The translations under genes were made by a program, and so were the position numbers. A stretch of 34,702 nucleotides of DNA from a virus (lineage: Duplodnaviria; Caudoviricetes): IMG/VR virus record IMGVR_UViG_3300017716_002150, positions 1-34,702 of that record. One strand, written 5' to 3'. The notes below the pieces were generated by a model, which saw only the letters and a list, made by a program, of their open reading frames with translations, did no database searches and was not told the origin of the DNA. Shown one piece after another: positions 16,291 through 24,852 of this stretch (positions within the stretch are counted from its first letter, which is position 1; each line of letters starts with the position of its first letter).

Positions 16291-16442
16291 ACCCAGCTTC
16301 AGGGTAAATGAAGAGTGGATCACCAGCTTTAATGGTGTGGGTTAAATGGGTTAGACTGAAATCTATTACGCTTGTTTGGTGCGGAACTAAACTAACGATG
16401 ATACTCCTTGCCCGGGGCCTTACGACAATAGGTAGCCGGGCA
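16291..16442 (+). ncRNA. candidate structured intergenic RNA
   Basis: ACCCA/TGGGT enclosing CTTCA/TGAAG and CACCA/TGGTG; GTTAG/CTAAC; TGCCCGG/CCGGGCA; no credible ORF. Confidence 0.4.
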
Positions 16443-16470
16443 CCTTCTTGACCAGATAAGTATCTTTATC

Positions 16471-16710
16471 ATGACCGAAGATAACGAACTTGACCGACGT
16501 ATAAAAACCTTGATGTTTGATCTTATGCTGGTATTGTACTCGCATGGTATCAAGGAAGTCAATGTCGGTGCAATAATGCGTGTGCTAGGTGTAGAATCAG
16601 AAGTAGCTGCTGAGCACGACGACGAAGCTGTTGAACTCACAGACGAATTTGCTAAGTATGTTAAAGAGGCACGAGAAACCAAACGGCCCGATAACATAAC
16701 CTTACATTGA
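16471..16710 (+). CDS. hypothetical protein
   Basis: 79 aa; TAAGTA at 16457 upstream. Confidence 0.7.
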   Translation: MTEDNELDRRIKTLMFDLMLVLYSHGIKEVNVGAIMRVLGVESEVAAEHDDEAVELTDEFAKYVKEARETKRPDNITLH

Positions 16711-16953
16711 ATGTCATTACCTAGTTATAAATCAGGGGAAGCCCTTTATACTGTGATCATACGAGATCCTGAAGCTAAAAACCGTTTAACTAAATGGACG
16801 GCAACCAGCCGATCAATACAAGCCCGGGTAGAAGACAATCGCATGCATATATACGATCACAACACCTTGAGCCTACTTCTAGTAACCTGGCCGCACGGTT
16901 GGGACAACATGGTTATTTGGGATCCTTGGACAAAACGGCACATTAATATTTGA
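16711..16953 (+). CDS. hypothetical protein
   Basis: 80 aa abutting the upstream stop. Confidence 0.7.
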   Translation: MSLPSYKSGEALYTVIIRDPEAKNRLTKWTATSRSIQARVEDNRMHIYDHNTLSLLLVTWPHGWDNMVIWDPWTKRHINI

Positions 16954-16977
16954 CATACCTACGTTATATGCTATAAT
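16950..16977 (+). promoter_or_regulatory. sigma70-type promoter
   Basis: TTGACA-16-TATAAT, extended TG. Confidence 0.75.
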
Positions 16978-17016
16978 TAATAGGTGCATAACGCACTTAT
17001 AACAAAGGAAATAGCA

Positions 17017-17202
17017 ATGACAACTCATGAACAAATCGTAGAAGCATTTAATAACTATATTGCTGAAAACGAAAAATTCACAACCAAAGGCGTAAAAGCC
17101 TCTGCTGCTCGTGCTCGCAAAGCATTACAAGAAATGAGCAAAGGAATCAAAGAGCGTCGTAAAGAAATTACTGCTGAAAAAGAAGCTCTTGCCGCAAAGT
17201 AA
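17017..17202 (+). CDS. histone H1-like Hc1-family nucleoid protein
   Basis: EKF..KGVKASAARARKAL.E..K..KERRKE; AAGGA SD before ATG 17017. Confidence 0.75.
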   Translation: MTTHEQIVEAFNNYIAENEKFTTKGVKASAARARKALQEMSKGIKERRKEITAEKEALAAK

Positions 17203-17596
17203 GACCAAGCCTCTTAATGGTATGGTATCGCAACCTGGATATGGTGCGGTACCACCTACTCCTATCTACAGTAATGTAACTATCACTAGCACAGGAGCAA
17301 CTACCGCTCCAATCTACACCATAGGTACTGGCGTCGCAAGTCCGTGGATGTCCACTAATGCTGATACTAATAGCACTAAAATAAATTTAAATGGTAAAGA
17401 TGCTGATATAGTGATCAATGGACACAGTTTAACAGAAACCTTGCAAGCTCTACAAGAACGCCTACACATCCTAGTACCCAATACAGAATTAGAGCAGGAA
17501 TGGGCCGAACTTAAACGGTTAGGTGATGCATATCGCAAGTTAGAACAAGACCTTACGGAAAAGGCCTCTATGTGGAAGGCTTTGAAGAAAATCTAA
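17189..17596 (+). CDS. hypothetical protein with C-terminal coiled coil
   Basis: Thr-rich N-terminus, ADIVING.SL, ELEQEWAELK; start uncertain (alternative ATG 17222). Confidence 0.65.
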   Translation: MPQSKTKPLNGMVSQPGYGAVPPTPIYSNVTITSTGATTAPIYTIGTGVASPWMSTNADTNSTKINLNGKDADIVINGHSLTETLQALQERLHILVPNTELEQEWAELKRLGDAYRKLEQDLTEKASMWKALKKI

Positions 17597-18982
17597 ATGT
17601 CTGCATGGCAAGAATTTTATAACGAGATAAAAGACCCTAGTTGGCCGGAGTGTCCTACTGAGGATCAATTCCAACTGCTCCCAGAAAATATACAAAAAGA
17701 ATGTCAAGAAGTTTTTGGCTACGTTCCAGGATCATTTAAAAAAACTTCAAAACTACGCAATCAAGTTTTCCCTATACACACCAAAACTGCTTGCCAACTT
17801 AAATGGAATTGGAGCACTATATTTCTAACTACAGAAGAAACAGGTAGTTGCCATAGAACCAACCATCATAAGTTTGATACCGAAGAATTTAATTTTCATA
17901 ACACTCCTAATAAACTAGAAGATCGTCAACGTATGCTTGAAGGCGAGTGGCCCAAGCGAGGATGTGAGTACTGTAAGAATATCGAAGAAGCCGGGGGCAT
18001 CAGTGACAGAATTACAAATTTAGACTTTCCTGGAATACATGCACCGCCTGAGTTAGAAATCAATCCTCGGGCTGTGCAAGTTACTCCACGAATACTAGAA
18101 GTATATTTTGATAATACCTGTAATTTAAAATGTCTTTATTGCGGACCGCATTTTAGCAGTCTGTGGAATGCAGAAAACGTAAAGTTTGGACAGCCTGCGT
18201 TCAATAAAAGTACCAACATTGAAAAGAACAAACAAAAAATATTTGAATGGTTAAAAGTTAACGGAAAACATCTAACTAACTTTAACATACTGGGTGGTGA
18301 GCCTCTGTATCAACGTGAGCTGGATGATTGTTTAGATTTATTTGAACAATACCCTGCCCCAGAATTAAAACTTCAAATTTTTACCAATCTCAACACCAAA
18401 ATTAGTCACCTAACACAAGTGGTTGAACGTGTTAAAGGATTAGTTGACAGTGACAAACTTAGAGGGTTTGAAGTTACTGCCAGTCTGGATTGCTGGGGGC
18501 CACAACAAGAGTTTGTAAGATACCCGCTGGATTTAGTATCCTGGGAGAAGAACTTTGAATATTTACTATCACAAAAATGGATCAACTTGATTGTGAGCAG
18601 TACTGTTACTCCTTTAACAATTAAAACCTTGCCCGACTTGCTTAAAAAAATACAAGAATGGAATAAAATTCGTCCAGTGTATCATTATCAAAACAGTGTC
18701 AATAGTCCTAGTTATATGTTTATTGATATTTTTGGAAATATTTTTGCCGATGATTTTAATCAGGCACTAGAATTGAAACCAACGAACACACCGGAACAAC
18801 TATCCAGTAAAGAATATCTAAGCGGTATAGCCAAACAATCAAACGCCGCTAGTCCTAACGTAGTAGAAATAACAAAACTATTTGATTTTTTAAATGAGAT
18901 GGATCGACGTAGATCGACTAGTTGGCAGAAAATCTTTCCGTGGCTAGAAAAAGAGTTTAAAAAATATAGTTTAGTACCATAA
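17597..18982 (+). CDS. radical SAM enzyme with extra Cys (Twitch-like) region
   Basis: CNLKCLYC, GGEP, FTN; upstream CQLKW...SCH...GCEYC. Confidence 0.88.
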   Translation: MSAWQEFYNEIKDPSWPECPTEDQFQLLPENIQKECQEVFGYVPGSFKKTSKLRNQVFPIHTKTACQLKWNWSTIFLTTEETGSCHRTNHHKFDTEEFNFHNTPNKLEDRQRMLEGEWPKRGCEYCKNIEEAGGISDRITNLDFPGIHAPPELEINPRAVQVTPRILEVYFDNTCNLKCLYCGPHFSSLWNAENVKFGQPAFNKSTNIEKNKQKIFEWLKVNGKHLTNFNILGGEPLYQRELDDCLDLFEQYPAPELKLQIFTNLNTKISHLTQVVERVKGLVDSDKLRGFEVTASLDCWGPQQEFVRYPLDLVSWEKNFEYLLSQKWINLIVSSTVTPLTIKTLPDLLKKIQEWNKIRPVYHYQNSVNSPSYMFIDIFGNIFADDFNQALELKPTNTPEQLSSKEYLSGIAKQSNAASPNVVEITKLFDFLNEMDRRRSTSWQKIFPWLEKEFKKYSLVP

Positions 18983-19060
18983 TAGCTGTATATAATGACA
19001 AAAACATATCAAAACAAGTAGATTTTTTACTGGTTTAAATTTTTGTCACTAAGTATTTTA

Positions 19061-19341
19061 GAGAGTAGAAAAACAACCAGGCTGTCGTTGAATCGAACAG
19101 CGGAGGATTACAATCTAGATCTACTCCACAACGGATGGTCAGTGCCGCAAAGCTGACCGGTAGTAAAGAGGACTTCGGAAATCCTCTTCATTGACAAATG
19201 GTATGAGCCTTCTGGAAACAAAGGTTGGCTTAGAGAGTATGGCATTGAGGCCCGAGGTCTTGTCTGTCGCCGCCCAACACTCATTCTGTCAATGCGTCCA
19301 TTCGGGACATCCGCTGATGCGTACAGTATTACGCCGAGGAG
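19061..19341 (+). ncRNA. candidate large structured RNA / 5' leader of SleB-like gene
   Basis: at least 9 nested helices, with cUUCGg and GAAA tetraloops; TAAGTA at 19050 just upstream; ends at GAGGAG SD. Confidence 0.6.
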
Positions 19342-19348
19342 AACGAGC

Positions 19349-19996
19349 ATGAGACATTTATTCATATCGTTATTATTGGTAGCAAGTAGTACAGTAGTTG
19401 TAGCAAATGAAGTAGCAGAAGTAACATTTAAAAACACAGTCATCAACCAAACCACACAGTTTGTTGAACGCACTGTTAACATAATTGCCACACCATTCCT
19501 TAGTGATCGGGATATCGAGTGCATGGCACGAAATATATTCTATGAAGCTGGCGGTGAATCAACCGAAGGCAAAATTGCAGTCGGAGTGGTCACACTCAAT
19601 CGCACACGAGATGGTCGCTTTGGAAAAACAGTTTGTGATGTTGTCAAGGCTCGAACCGTGGTTGTCAAGGCTCGAGAAGTTAAACGGAATGAAATAGTTC
19701 AAGTTGGCTACTTCGGTCGTCCTGAAATGGTAGAGAAAAAGGAAGTAGTTGTACAACAAGTTCCTGTGTGCCAATTTTCGTGGGTATGCGCCGGTTATGT
19801 CCGTAAACCCAAAACTGACGACGAGCGTTGGATTGAGAGTCAAGAAATTGCCCAGCGCCTGGCTCAAGGTGACTACGAAGAAGAACGTAGCAAGTACGGT
19901 TCGGCGTTGTTTTTTCACAACAGTGGGATCCGTCCCATATGGGCTAAGACCAAGCAATTAGTGGCTCGAACAGGACGCCATATATTCTACGAATAA
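19349..19996 (+). CDS. SleB/CwlJ-like cell wall hydrolase (Hydrolase_2), secreted
   Basis: signal peptide; CMARNIFYEAGGES..GKIAV..V..NR, CQFSW, GRHIFY. Confidence 0.9.
   Translation: MRHLFISLLLVASSTVVVANEVAEVTFKNTVINQTTQFVERTVNIIATPFLSDRDIECMARNIFYEAGGESTEGKIAVGVVTLNRTRDGRFGKTVCDVVKARTVVVKAREVKRNEIVQVGYFGRPEMVEKKEVVVQQVPVCQFSWVCAGYVRKPKTDDERWIESQEIAQRLAQGDYEEERSKYGSALFFHNSGIRPIWAKTKQLVARTGRHIFYE
19640..19675 (+). repeat. 15-bp direct repeat inside CDS
   Basis: GTTGTCAAGGCTCGA at 19640 and 19661 (VVKAR twice). Confidence 0.85.
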
Positions 19997-20000
19997 CCAG

Positions 20001-20029
20001 TTGACCAAAAACGACCATTTTGTTATAAT
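20001..20029 (+). promoter_or_regulatory. sigma70-type promoter
   Basis: TTGACC-17-TATAAT, extended TG. Confidence 0.85.
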
Positions 20030-20059
20030 AGTTGTATTGTATAAAAATAGGAGAGAGAA

Positions 20060-20599
20060 TTGAAGTCAATCCCCTGGTTTAAGATAGTAGGATTTGTAGC
20101 TGTGGTATTCAGTGTTTATACTGTGAGTACCAATCGCCTGGATACCCTGCGCGGTACCAACGAAGCCGCACGTCAAGGCTTTATCAGTGCCGAGCATCGC
20201 ACACAGCAGTTGGCCTGCCTGACCAAGAACATTTATCACGAAGCTGCCTTTGAGCCATTTGAAGGCAAGGTTGCTGTGGCACAGGTCACAATGAATCGTG
20301 TAGAAGCTGGTCGATTTGGTCAGGATGTCTGCGGTGTTGTATATCAAAAGAATGTGGTCTACGAACGGGTTATTTGTCAGTTTTCGTGGACCTGTATAGG
20401 TGGACTGGCAATTAAACCCGTAGCACCTGCACATTGGAAAGAATCAGAAGAAGTAGCCAAAAAGGTCTTGCTCGAAGGCTTCCGTTTGCCCAGCATGAAA
20501 GACGCCATGTATTATCATGCCGATTATGTCAACCCTAGATGGGGCAAGCCACAAATTACCAAAATTGGTCGCCACATTTTCTACCGTGAAAGCATATAA
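20060..20599 (+). CDS. second SleB-like cell wall hydrolase
   Basis: TTG start with AGGAG SD; CLTKNIYHEA, CQFSW, YYHADYVNP.W, IGRHIFY. Confidence 0.9.
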   Translation: MKSIPWFKIVGFVAVVFSVYTVSTNRLDTLRGTNEAARQGFISAEHRTQQLACLTKNIYHEAAFEPFEGKVAVAQVTMNRVEAGRFGQDVCGVVYQKNVVYERVICQFSWTCIGGLAIKPVAPAHWKESEEVAKKVLLEGFRLPSMKDAMYYHADYVNPRWGKPQITKIGRHIFYRESI

Positions 20600-20925
20600 T
20601 GAATATCGATATTCGAAACAACATTAACATCAATATAAAAAGCATCAACGAGTTTTTAAACAAACACTTATCCAAGATTTCAGCAGAAACCCTGTTATGG
20701 TTAGCCGGAATAGTTATACACTGTGCAACCATACCAACCTTATTGGCCTTGATGACCGGACTTAGTGATCGTACACCTAACTTGGACATTGTGTTGTTTA
20801 TGTGGGTCGGTTTAGTCTTGTTGTTTGGTCGTGCTGTAGTGCTCAAAGACACTTTAAACGTCATCACTATCGGTGCAGGATTTATCATACAAGCCACCTT
20901 AATGGCCATGATCTTGTTCAAATAA
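20599..20925 (+). CDS. small multi-pass membrane protein
   Basis: 3 hydrophobic segments; coupled (TAATG) to the hydrolase. Confidence 0.7.
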   Translation: MNIDIRNNININIKSINEFLNKHLSKISAETLLWLAGIVIHCATIPTLLALMTGLSDRTPNLDIVLFMWVGLVLLFGRAVVLKDTLNVITIGAGFIIQATLMAMILFK

Positions 20926-20954
20926 TTGACTAACACCGCCAAATACGTTATAAT
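20926..20954 (+). promoter_or_regulatory. sigma70-type promoter, leaderless transcript
   Basis: TTGACT-17-TATAAT; ATG 20961 lies 6 nt downstream. Confidence 0.8.
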
Positions 20955-20960
20955 ACTAGT

Positions 20961-21134
20961 ATGATATTAGACAGCGAAGTCAATGCCATGCAGGACGTAC
21001 AGACTGGCCTGTGGTCAGTATTCCGTTTGATTTGGAACGAAACAAGTATCTTTCCTGAGCGGATAATGATAGCAGAAAACTTACAGCGTGAAGAAGTTGA
21101 TCGATGGCTAACCTGGGGGAATTTACAACGATGA
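20961..21134 (+). CDS. 57-aa hypothetical protein (missing from track)
   Basis: MILDSEVNAMQDVQTGLWSVFRLIWNETSIFPERIMIAENLQREEVDRWLTWGNLQR; ATGA overlap with next gene. Confidence 0.65.
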   Translation: MILDSEVNAMQDVQTGLWSVFRLIWNETSIFPERIMIAENLQREEVDRWLTWGNLQR

Positions 21135-21526
21135 CAATGCATCTTGAGGGACCGTGGCTTAGTACCACAGGTAAAAAACGTGGACCTAAAAAGTGGGCTA
21201 GTAGTGAAGCCAAAAAGCTCGCACAAAAACGTCAGGCTGAATGGGATCGTAAGTTGATTGAGTTTGAAAAACTTACACCTAGGTTTAGTACTGGTCCTTA
21301 CAATGCTCCACGCAAAACTATGGCAGACTTCATGCCCAAGACTCCGCCCGGTCGCGAAACAGCCTGTATTAAATCGCAGGACACTGGCTGGGTTACTTGT
21401 ACAGCAGTTAAAGATAATACCTATACTGGCAGTAAGGTCAAGGGAATAGGTACAATGCACAAGAGTAATGGTGTGCCAATTTTCAGTGATGATGAAGCAA
21501 AAGAAATTAGTTCTATGCGCCGTTAA
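21131..21526 (+). CDS. conserved basic phage protein
   Basis: YTG..VKGIGTMHKSN.VPIF...EAKEIS.MRR C-terminus; start at ATGA overlap. Confidence 0.75.
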   Translation: MTMHLEGPWLSTTGKKRGPKKWASSEAKKLAQKRQAEWDRKLIEFEKLTPRFSTGPYNAPRKTMADFMPKTPPGRETACIKSQDTGWVTCTAVKDNTYTGSKVKGIGTMHKSNGVPIFSDDEAKEISSMRR

Positions 21527-21541
21527 TGCTAAATATATTTA

Positions 21542-21760
21542 ATGAGCAAAGATGATTTTATTAAAATGGAAGGCGTTATAGCAGAAGTTCTGCGTAATAC
21601 TCAATACCGAGTTCAGCTTGAGAATTTTGAAAAACCTGTACTTGCAAGCCTAAGTGGCCGTATGCGTCAAAACAACATCAAAGTTTTAACCGGCGACATA
21701 GTAGAGTTAGAATTCAGCCCATATGATTTGACCCGTGGACGAATTGTCCGCCGTAGATAA
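21542..21760 (+). CDS. infA: translation initiation factor IF-1
   Basis: MSKDD.I.MEG.I.E.L.N..YRV.LEN...SGRMR...I.VLTGD.V.LE.SPYDLTRGRI. Confidence 0.95.
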   Translation: MSKDDFIKMEGVIAEVLRNTQYRVQLENFEKPVLASLSGRMRQNNIKVLTGDIVELEFSPYDLTRGRIVRRR

Positions 21761-21768
21761 GTAATAAT

Positions 21769-22317
21769 ATGGACATGCGTAAAGAAATCAATTTAATAGA
21801 AGCAAGCACTCAACCGGCCAAGCTAGAAACTACTCCTTTGCCTTACACGGAACGGGCCTTGGAGCCTGTGATGAGCAAGGCCACAATCGACTATCACTAT
21901 GAGCACCTAGCTAAAGGTTATGCTAAACGCTACAATGCCGATGAAGGCAATGCTGCATTTAACCGTGCTGGTAGCTTCTTACACAATAAGTTCTTTCCTC
22001 AACTACAGCCTCCTAAAGGTGCTAATCGTCCCAAGGGCGCAGTACTAGAGTTAATCGAAAGTAACTTTAAAACCTATGAAGACTTTAAAATCGAATTTAA
22101 AAAAGTGGCCATGGCCATCCAGGGATCAGGCTGGGTATATCTTAGCACATCGGGCACAATTAAAACCATCCCAAATCATCAGGTTAGAACAGATATCTGT
22201 GTACTCGTTGACTGGTGGGAACATGCCTGGGCACTTGACTATCAAAGCGACAAAGAAAAATACCTAGACAATATTTGGAAAATTATTAACTGGTCAGTCT
22301 GTAGCGAACGTCTGTAG
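21769..22317 (+). CDS. sod: Fe/Mn superoxide dismutase (compact)
   Basis: LPY...ALEP.MS..T..YH, LHN.FF, QGSGW, DWWEHA. Confidence 0.9.
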   Translation: MDMRKEINLIEASTQPAKLETTPLPYTERALEPVMSKATIDYHYEHLAKGYAKRYNADEGNAAFNRAGSFLHNKFFPQLQPPKGANRPKGAVLELIESNFKTYEDFKIEFKKVAMAIQGSGWVYLSTSGTIKTIPNHQVRTDICVLVDWWEHAWALDYQSDKEKYLDNIWKIINWSVCSERL

Positions 22318-22352
22318 CCAACATCCAAAGCAGTACCTAACTAAATTTTATA

Positions 22353-23891
22353 ATGATAGATTTTGTAATTTGTGCGATGCCCGCACTGATTCTTGAAAGC
22401 CTTCCTGGTGCACCTGCCATTATTAAATCGGCAGTGGAGCAGACTGGGTATTCTGCTCGGGCGCTGGATTTATCATTGGAGTTTTACATAAAACAATGCA
22501 ACAGTGATGTTGCTACCTATCATCAATTGAGTGGTGTGTTTCGACCTAGCGAGTCATTTGAAAGCTCGGCTCAGGCAGCTAGTGATGAGTGGATTGAAGA
22601 TTCTATACAAAGTATTCAGGCTTTTAATCCTAAAATTATTGGACTTAGTGTATTTTCAGCATTCCAACATAGATCTACCTATCTGTTGGCACAAGAGTTA
22701 AAACGTCGCATGCCCAAAACCAAAATTGTGCTTGGCGGCATGGGGTTATCAATCAACTGTTCTAGTCTTAGTAATTTTAATATTCCTATTAAAAAGATTG
22801 ATCTTGTTAAATCTTATCATCAGTACATGACCGAACTGGGTCTAGCTGACTACATTGTGCTGGGCAGTGGACTTGATGAACTCGTGGGGATCTTAGGAAA
22901 GGAAATAGGTCAAGGACGCACCACAGATACCAAGTTTAACAACACATCTGTAATTTTTAAAACACCTATTCCTGACTACGACGACTATAAAATTTCTGAA
23001 TACTGTTGGCACAATCGCAAGTACCTGCCGGTAACTGGCAGCAAAGGCTGTGTGAGATCCTGTGCGTTCTGTGACATACCAGGACAGTTTGGACGTTTTA
23101 GTTTTCGCACTGGCGAAGACATTGCTAACGAGATGATTTTTCTTAAAGAAAAATACGGTGTGAGTACTTTTGAATTTACAGACAGTTTAGTCAATGGTAG
23201 TTTTAAAGCATTCCGCCAATGGTTGACCATTGTTGCAGAGTACAACGACAATCGTTTAAGTCACGATCAAATACGTTGGTTTGGACAATACATTTGTCGA
23301 CCTCAAGCGCACACGCCCAGCGACATCTACCCATTAATGGCACGCTCGGGTGTGATTGATTTGAAAATTGGTGTTGAAAGCGGTAGTGATGCTGTACTAG
23401 AGGCCATGCGTAAAAAAGTAACTGCCAAGGATGTACTAGACGAGCTGGAACAGTTTGAGAAAAATAAAATAAGTTGTACCTTTTTAATGTTCAGCGGATT
23501 TTATAACGAAACGTCTGAATACTTTTATGAAACTTTAAAGTTTTTGGTCGATTGCCAACCTTATGTGGCATCTGGAACGATCAACACAGCAAGTTTCGGA
23601 CAACCTTTGAATATACATAGCGGAACCTATTTGTACAACGAAGCAGATCGGTTGGGCTTAATTTTAGATCCTTACGACGAATCTCAATGGACTAGTATTC
23701 ATGACCCCGACAACGACTATGTACAACGATCAAAAAATCGTATCATTGCACAACTGCTAGCCGGTGCACTAGGATACCCGTTTTCCAAGTTAGGTGTTGG
23801 ACTTGATTATCAAAATTTACAAAAATTAAAAAGACGCAAACAAGAATTAGAAAAGTTATTACATGACACTACACAGCTCACAACAAACTAA
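22353..23891 (+). CDS. B12-binding-domain radical SAM enzyme
   Basis: IIGLSVFS..IVLGG N-terminal domain; GSKGCVRSCAFC; DSLVNG; IGVESGS. Confidence 0.85.
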   Translation: MIDFVICAMPALILESLPGAPAIIKSAVEQTGYSARALDLSLEFYIKQCNSDVATYHQLSGVFRPSESFESSAQAASDEWIEDSIQSIQAFNPKIIGLSVFSAFQHRSTYLLAQELKRRMPKTKIVLGGMGLSINCSSLSNFNIPIKKIDLVKSYHQYMTELGLADYIVLGSGLDELVGILGKEIGQGRTTDTKFNNTSVIFKTPIPDYDDYKISEYCWHNRKYLPVTGSKGCVRSCAFCDIPGQFGRFSFRTGEDIANEMIFLKEKYGVSTFEFTDSLVNGSFKAFRQWLTIVAEYNDNRLSHDQIRWFGQYICRPQAHTPSDIYPLMARSGVIDLKIGVESGSDAVLEAMRKKVTAKDVLDELEQFEKNKISCTFLMFSGFYNETSEYFYETLKFLVDCQPYVASGTINTASFGQPLNIHSGTYLYNEADRLGLILDPYDESQWTSIHDPDNDYVQRSKNRIIAQLLAGALGYPFSKLGVGLDYQNLQKLKRRKQELEKLLHDTTQLTTN

Positions 23892-24516
23892 CCTGGACTA
23901 TCTAATTCCCCAGGATCTAATTGAATACTGTGAATTTGATCAGTTCAACTTTGGTTTGTCATTGACGGCTACTAGCGCACGAAATCGTTGGCCCACTGTA
24001 AAAGTATGGTTAGACGGAAAACTTATTGCATCAGACATAGTTGACAATCATGGATTTGAGTACCGGTATAGTGAACGACTAGATATGTCTCTATCGGCCA
24101 AGGTATTGGAAATTGAATACAATGGCAAAAACGACGAAGACACTGTAGTTGACCAACATGGCAATATATTAGAAAATCAAAGTCTTTCAATCCGGAGTTT
24201 AATAGTAAATCGTGTAGATATTATTAACAATGATATTATTCAACAGCTAGGTAGCTACACCAGATCATTTAGCCCAGAAAAACTTAAATACTACGAGCAA
24301 AACAATTTAAGTACAGAACCCACTGACAGTTTAGACATGTACGAAAATGGCCGTTGGCGTATGACTTTTCCTATACCCATTGTTACAAACTTGTCTAAAA
24401 TTAAAAACAAAATAGATCCGCAGGTGCAGTGGCCTGATCCTATTTTGATTGGAGAGATAGTAAACACCATACATGCCATTAGAGATTTAGAAAAACAATT
24501 AAAGGAACGCAAATGA
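23863..24516 (+). CDS. hypothetical protein coupled to the B12-radical SAM gene
   Basis: 217 aa overlapping both neighbours. Confidence 0.7.
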   Translation: MTLHSSQQTNLDYLIPQDLIEYCEFDQFNFGLSLTATSARNRWPTVKVWLDGKLIASDIVDNHGFEYRYSERLDMSLSAKVLEIEYNGKNDEDTVVDQHGNILENQSLSIRSLIVNRVDIINNDIIQQLGSYTRSFSPEKLKYYEQNNLSTEPTDSLDMYENGRWRMTFPIPIVTNLSKIKNKIDPQVQWPDPILIGEIVNTIHAIRDLEKQLKERK

Positions 24517-24836
24517 TTATAGAAACAACTGCTGTTGAAAAAATTAAAGATATTTTAGCCGAAGAAAATAATCCAGAATTACGACTACGTGTATTTGTAC
24601 AGGGCGGCGGTTGCTCAGGCATGCAGTATGGATTTACTCTGGATAGTGTGCAAAACGATGACGACTTTAACACCGACATTGATGGTATTTCTGTACTGGT
24701 CGACAGCACAAGTTGGCAATACTTACACGACGCTAAAATACGCTACGATGACGGTGTAATGGGGGCAAGTTTTGTAATTGATAATCCCAATGCTCAAAGC
24801 ACCTGCGGTTGCGGCAGTTCATTTAATCCGTACTAG
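24513..24836 (+). CDS. erpA: A-type Fe-S carrier ErpA/IscA (HesB family)
   Basis: LRVFVQGGGCSGMQYGF, NPNAQSTCGCGSSF. Confidence 0.93.
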   Translation: MIIETTAVEKIKDILAEENNPELRLRVFVQGGGCSGMQYGFTLDSVQNDDDFNTDIDGISVLVDSTSWQYLHDAKIRYDDGVMGASFVIDNPNAQSTCGCGSSFNPY

Positions 24837-24852
24837 CCCAAACTGCTGTAGT

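Noticed and set aside
16345-16400. tRNA-like arm TAGA-CTGAAA-TCTA
   Set aside because: 6-nt loop, no GTTCRA T-loop and no acceptor stem; not a tRNA
16448-16476. TTGACCAGA half-copy of the early promoter repeat
   Set aside because: No -10 hexamer at 16-18 nt spacing; not called as a sigma70 promoter
19137-19170. GCCGCAAAGC...GG resembling the c-di-GMP-I riboswitch GACGCAAAGC core
   Set aside because: The upstream GGCAAACC-GAAA hairpin and the downstream CUAA receptor are missing, and the segment forms its own hairpin
19081-19232. RNase P RNA-like fragments (hairpin then GGAGGA; GGCTTA)
   Set aside because: No GAGGAAAGUCC or AnAGAAnnCGGCUUA consensus, and the order and length do not fit
19292-19348. 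Longer N-terminus for the first SleB-like gene
   Set aside because: ATG 19349 has a GAGGAG SD and is followed directly by a signal peptide; ATG 19292 is buried in a predicted helix
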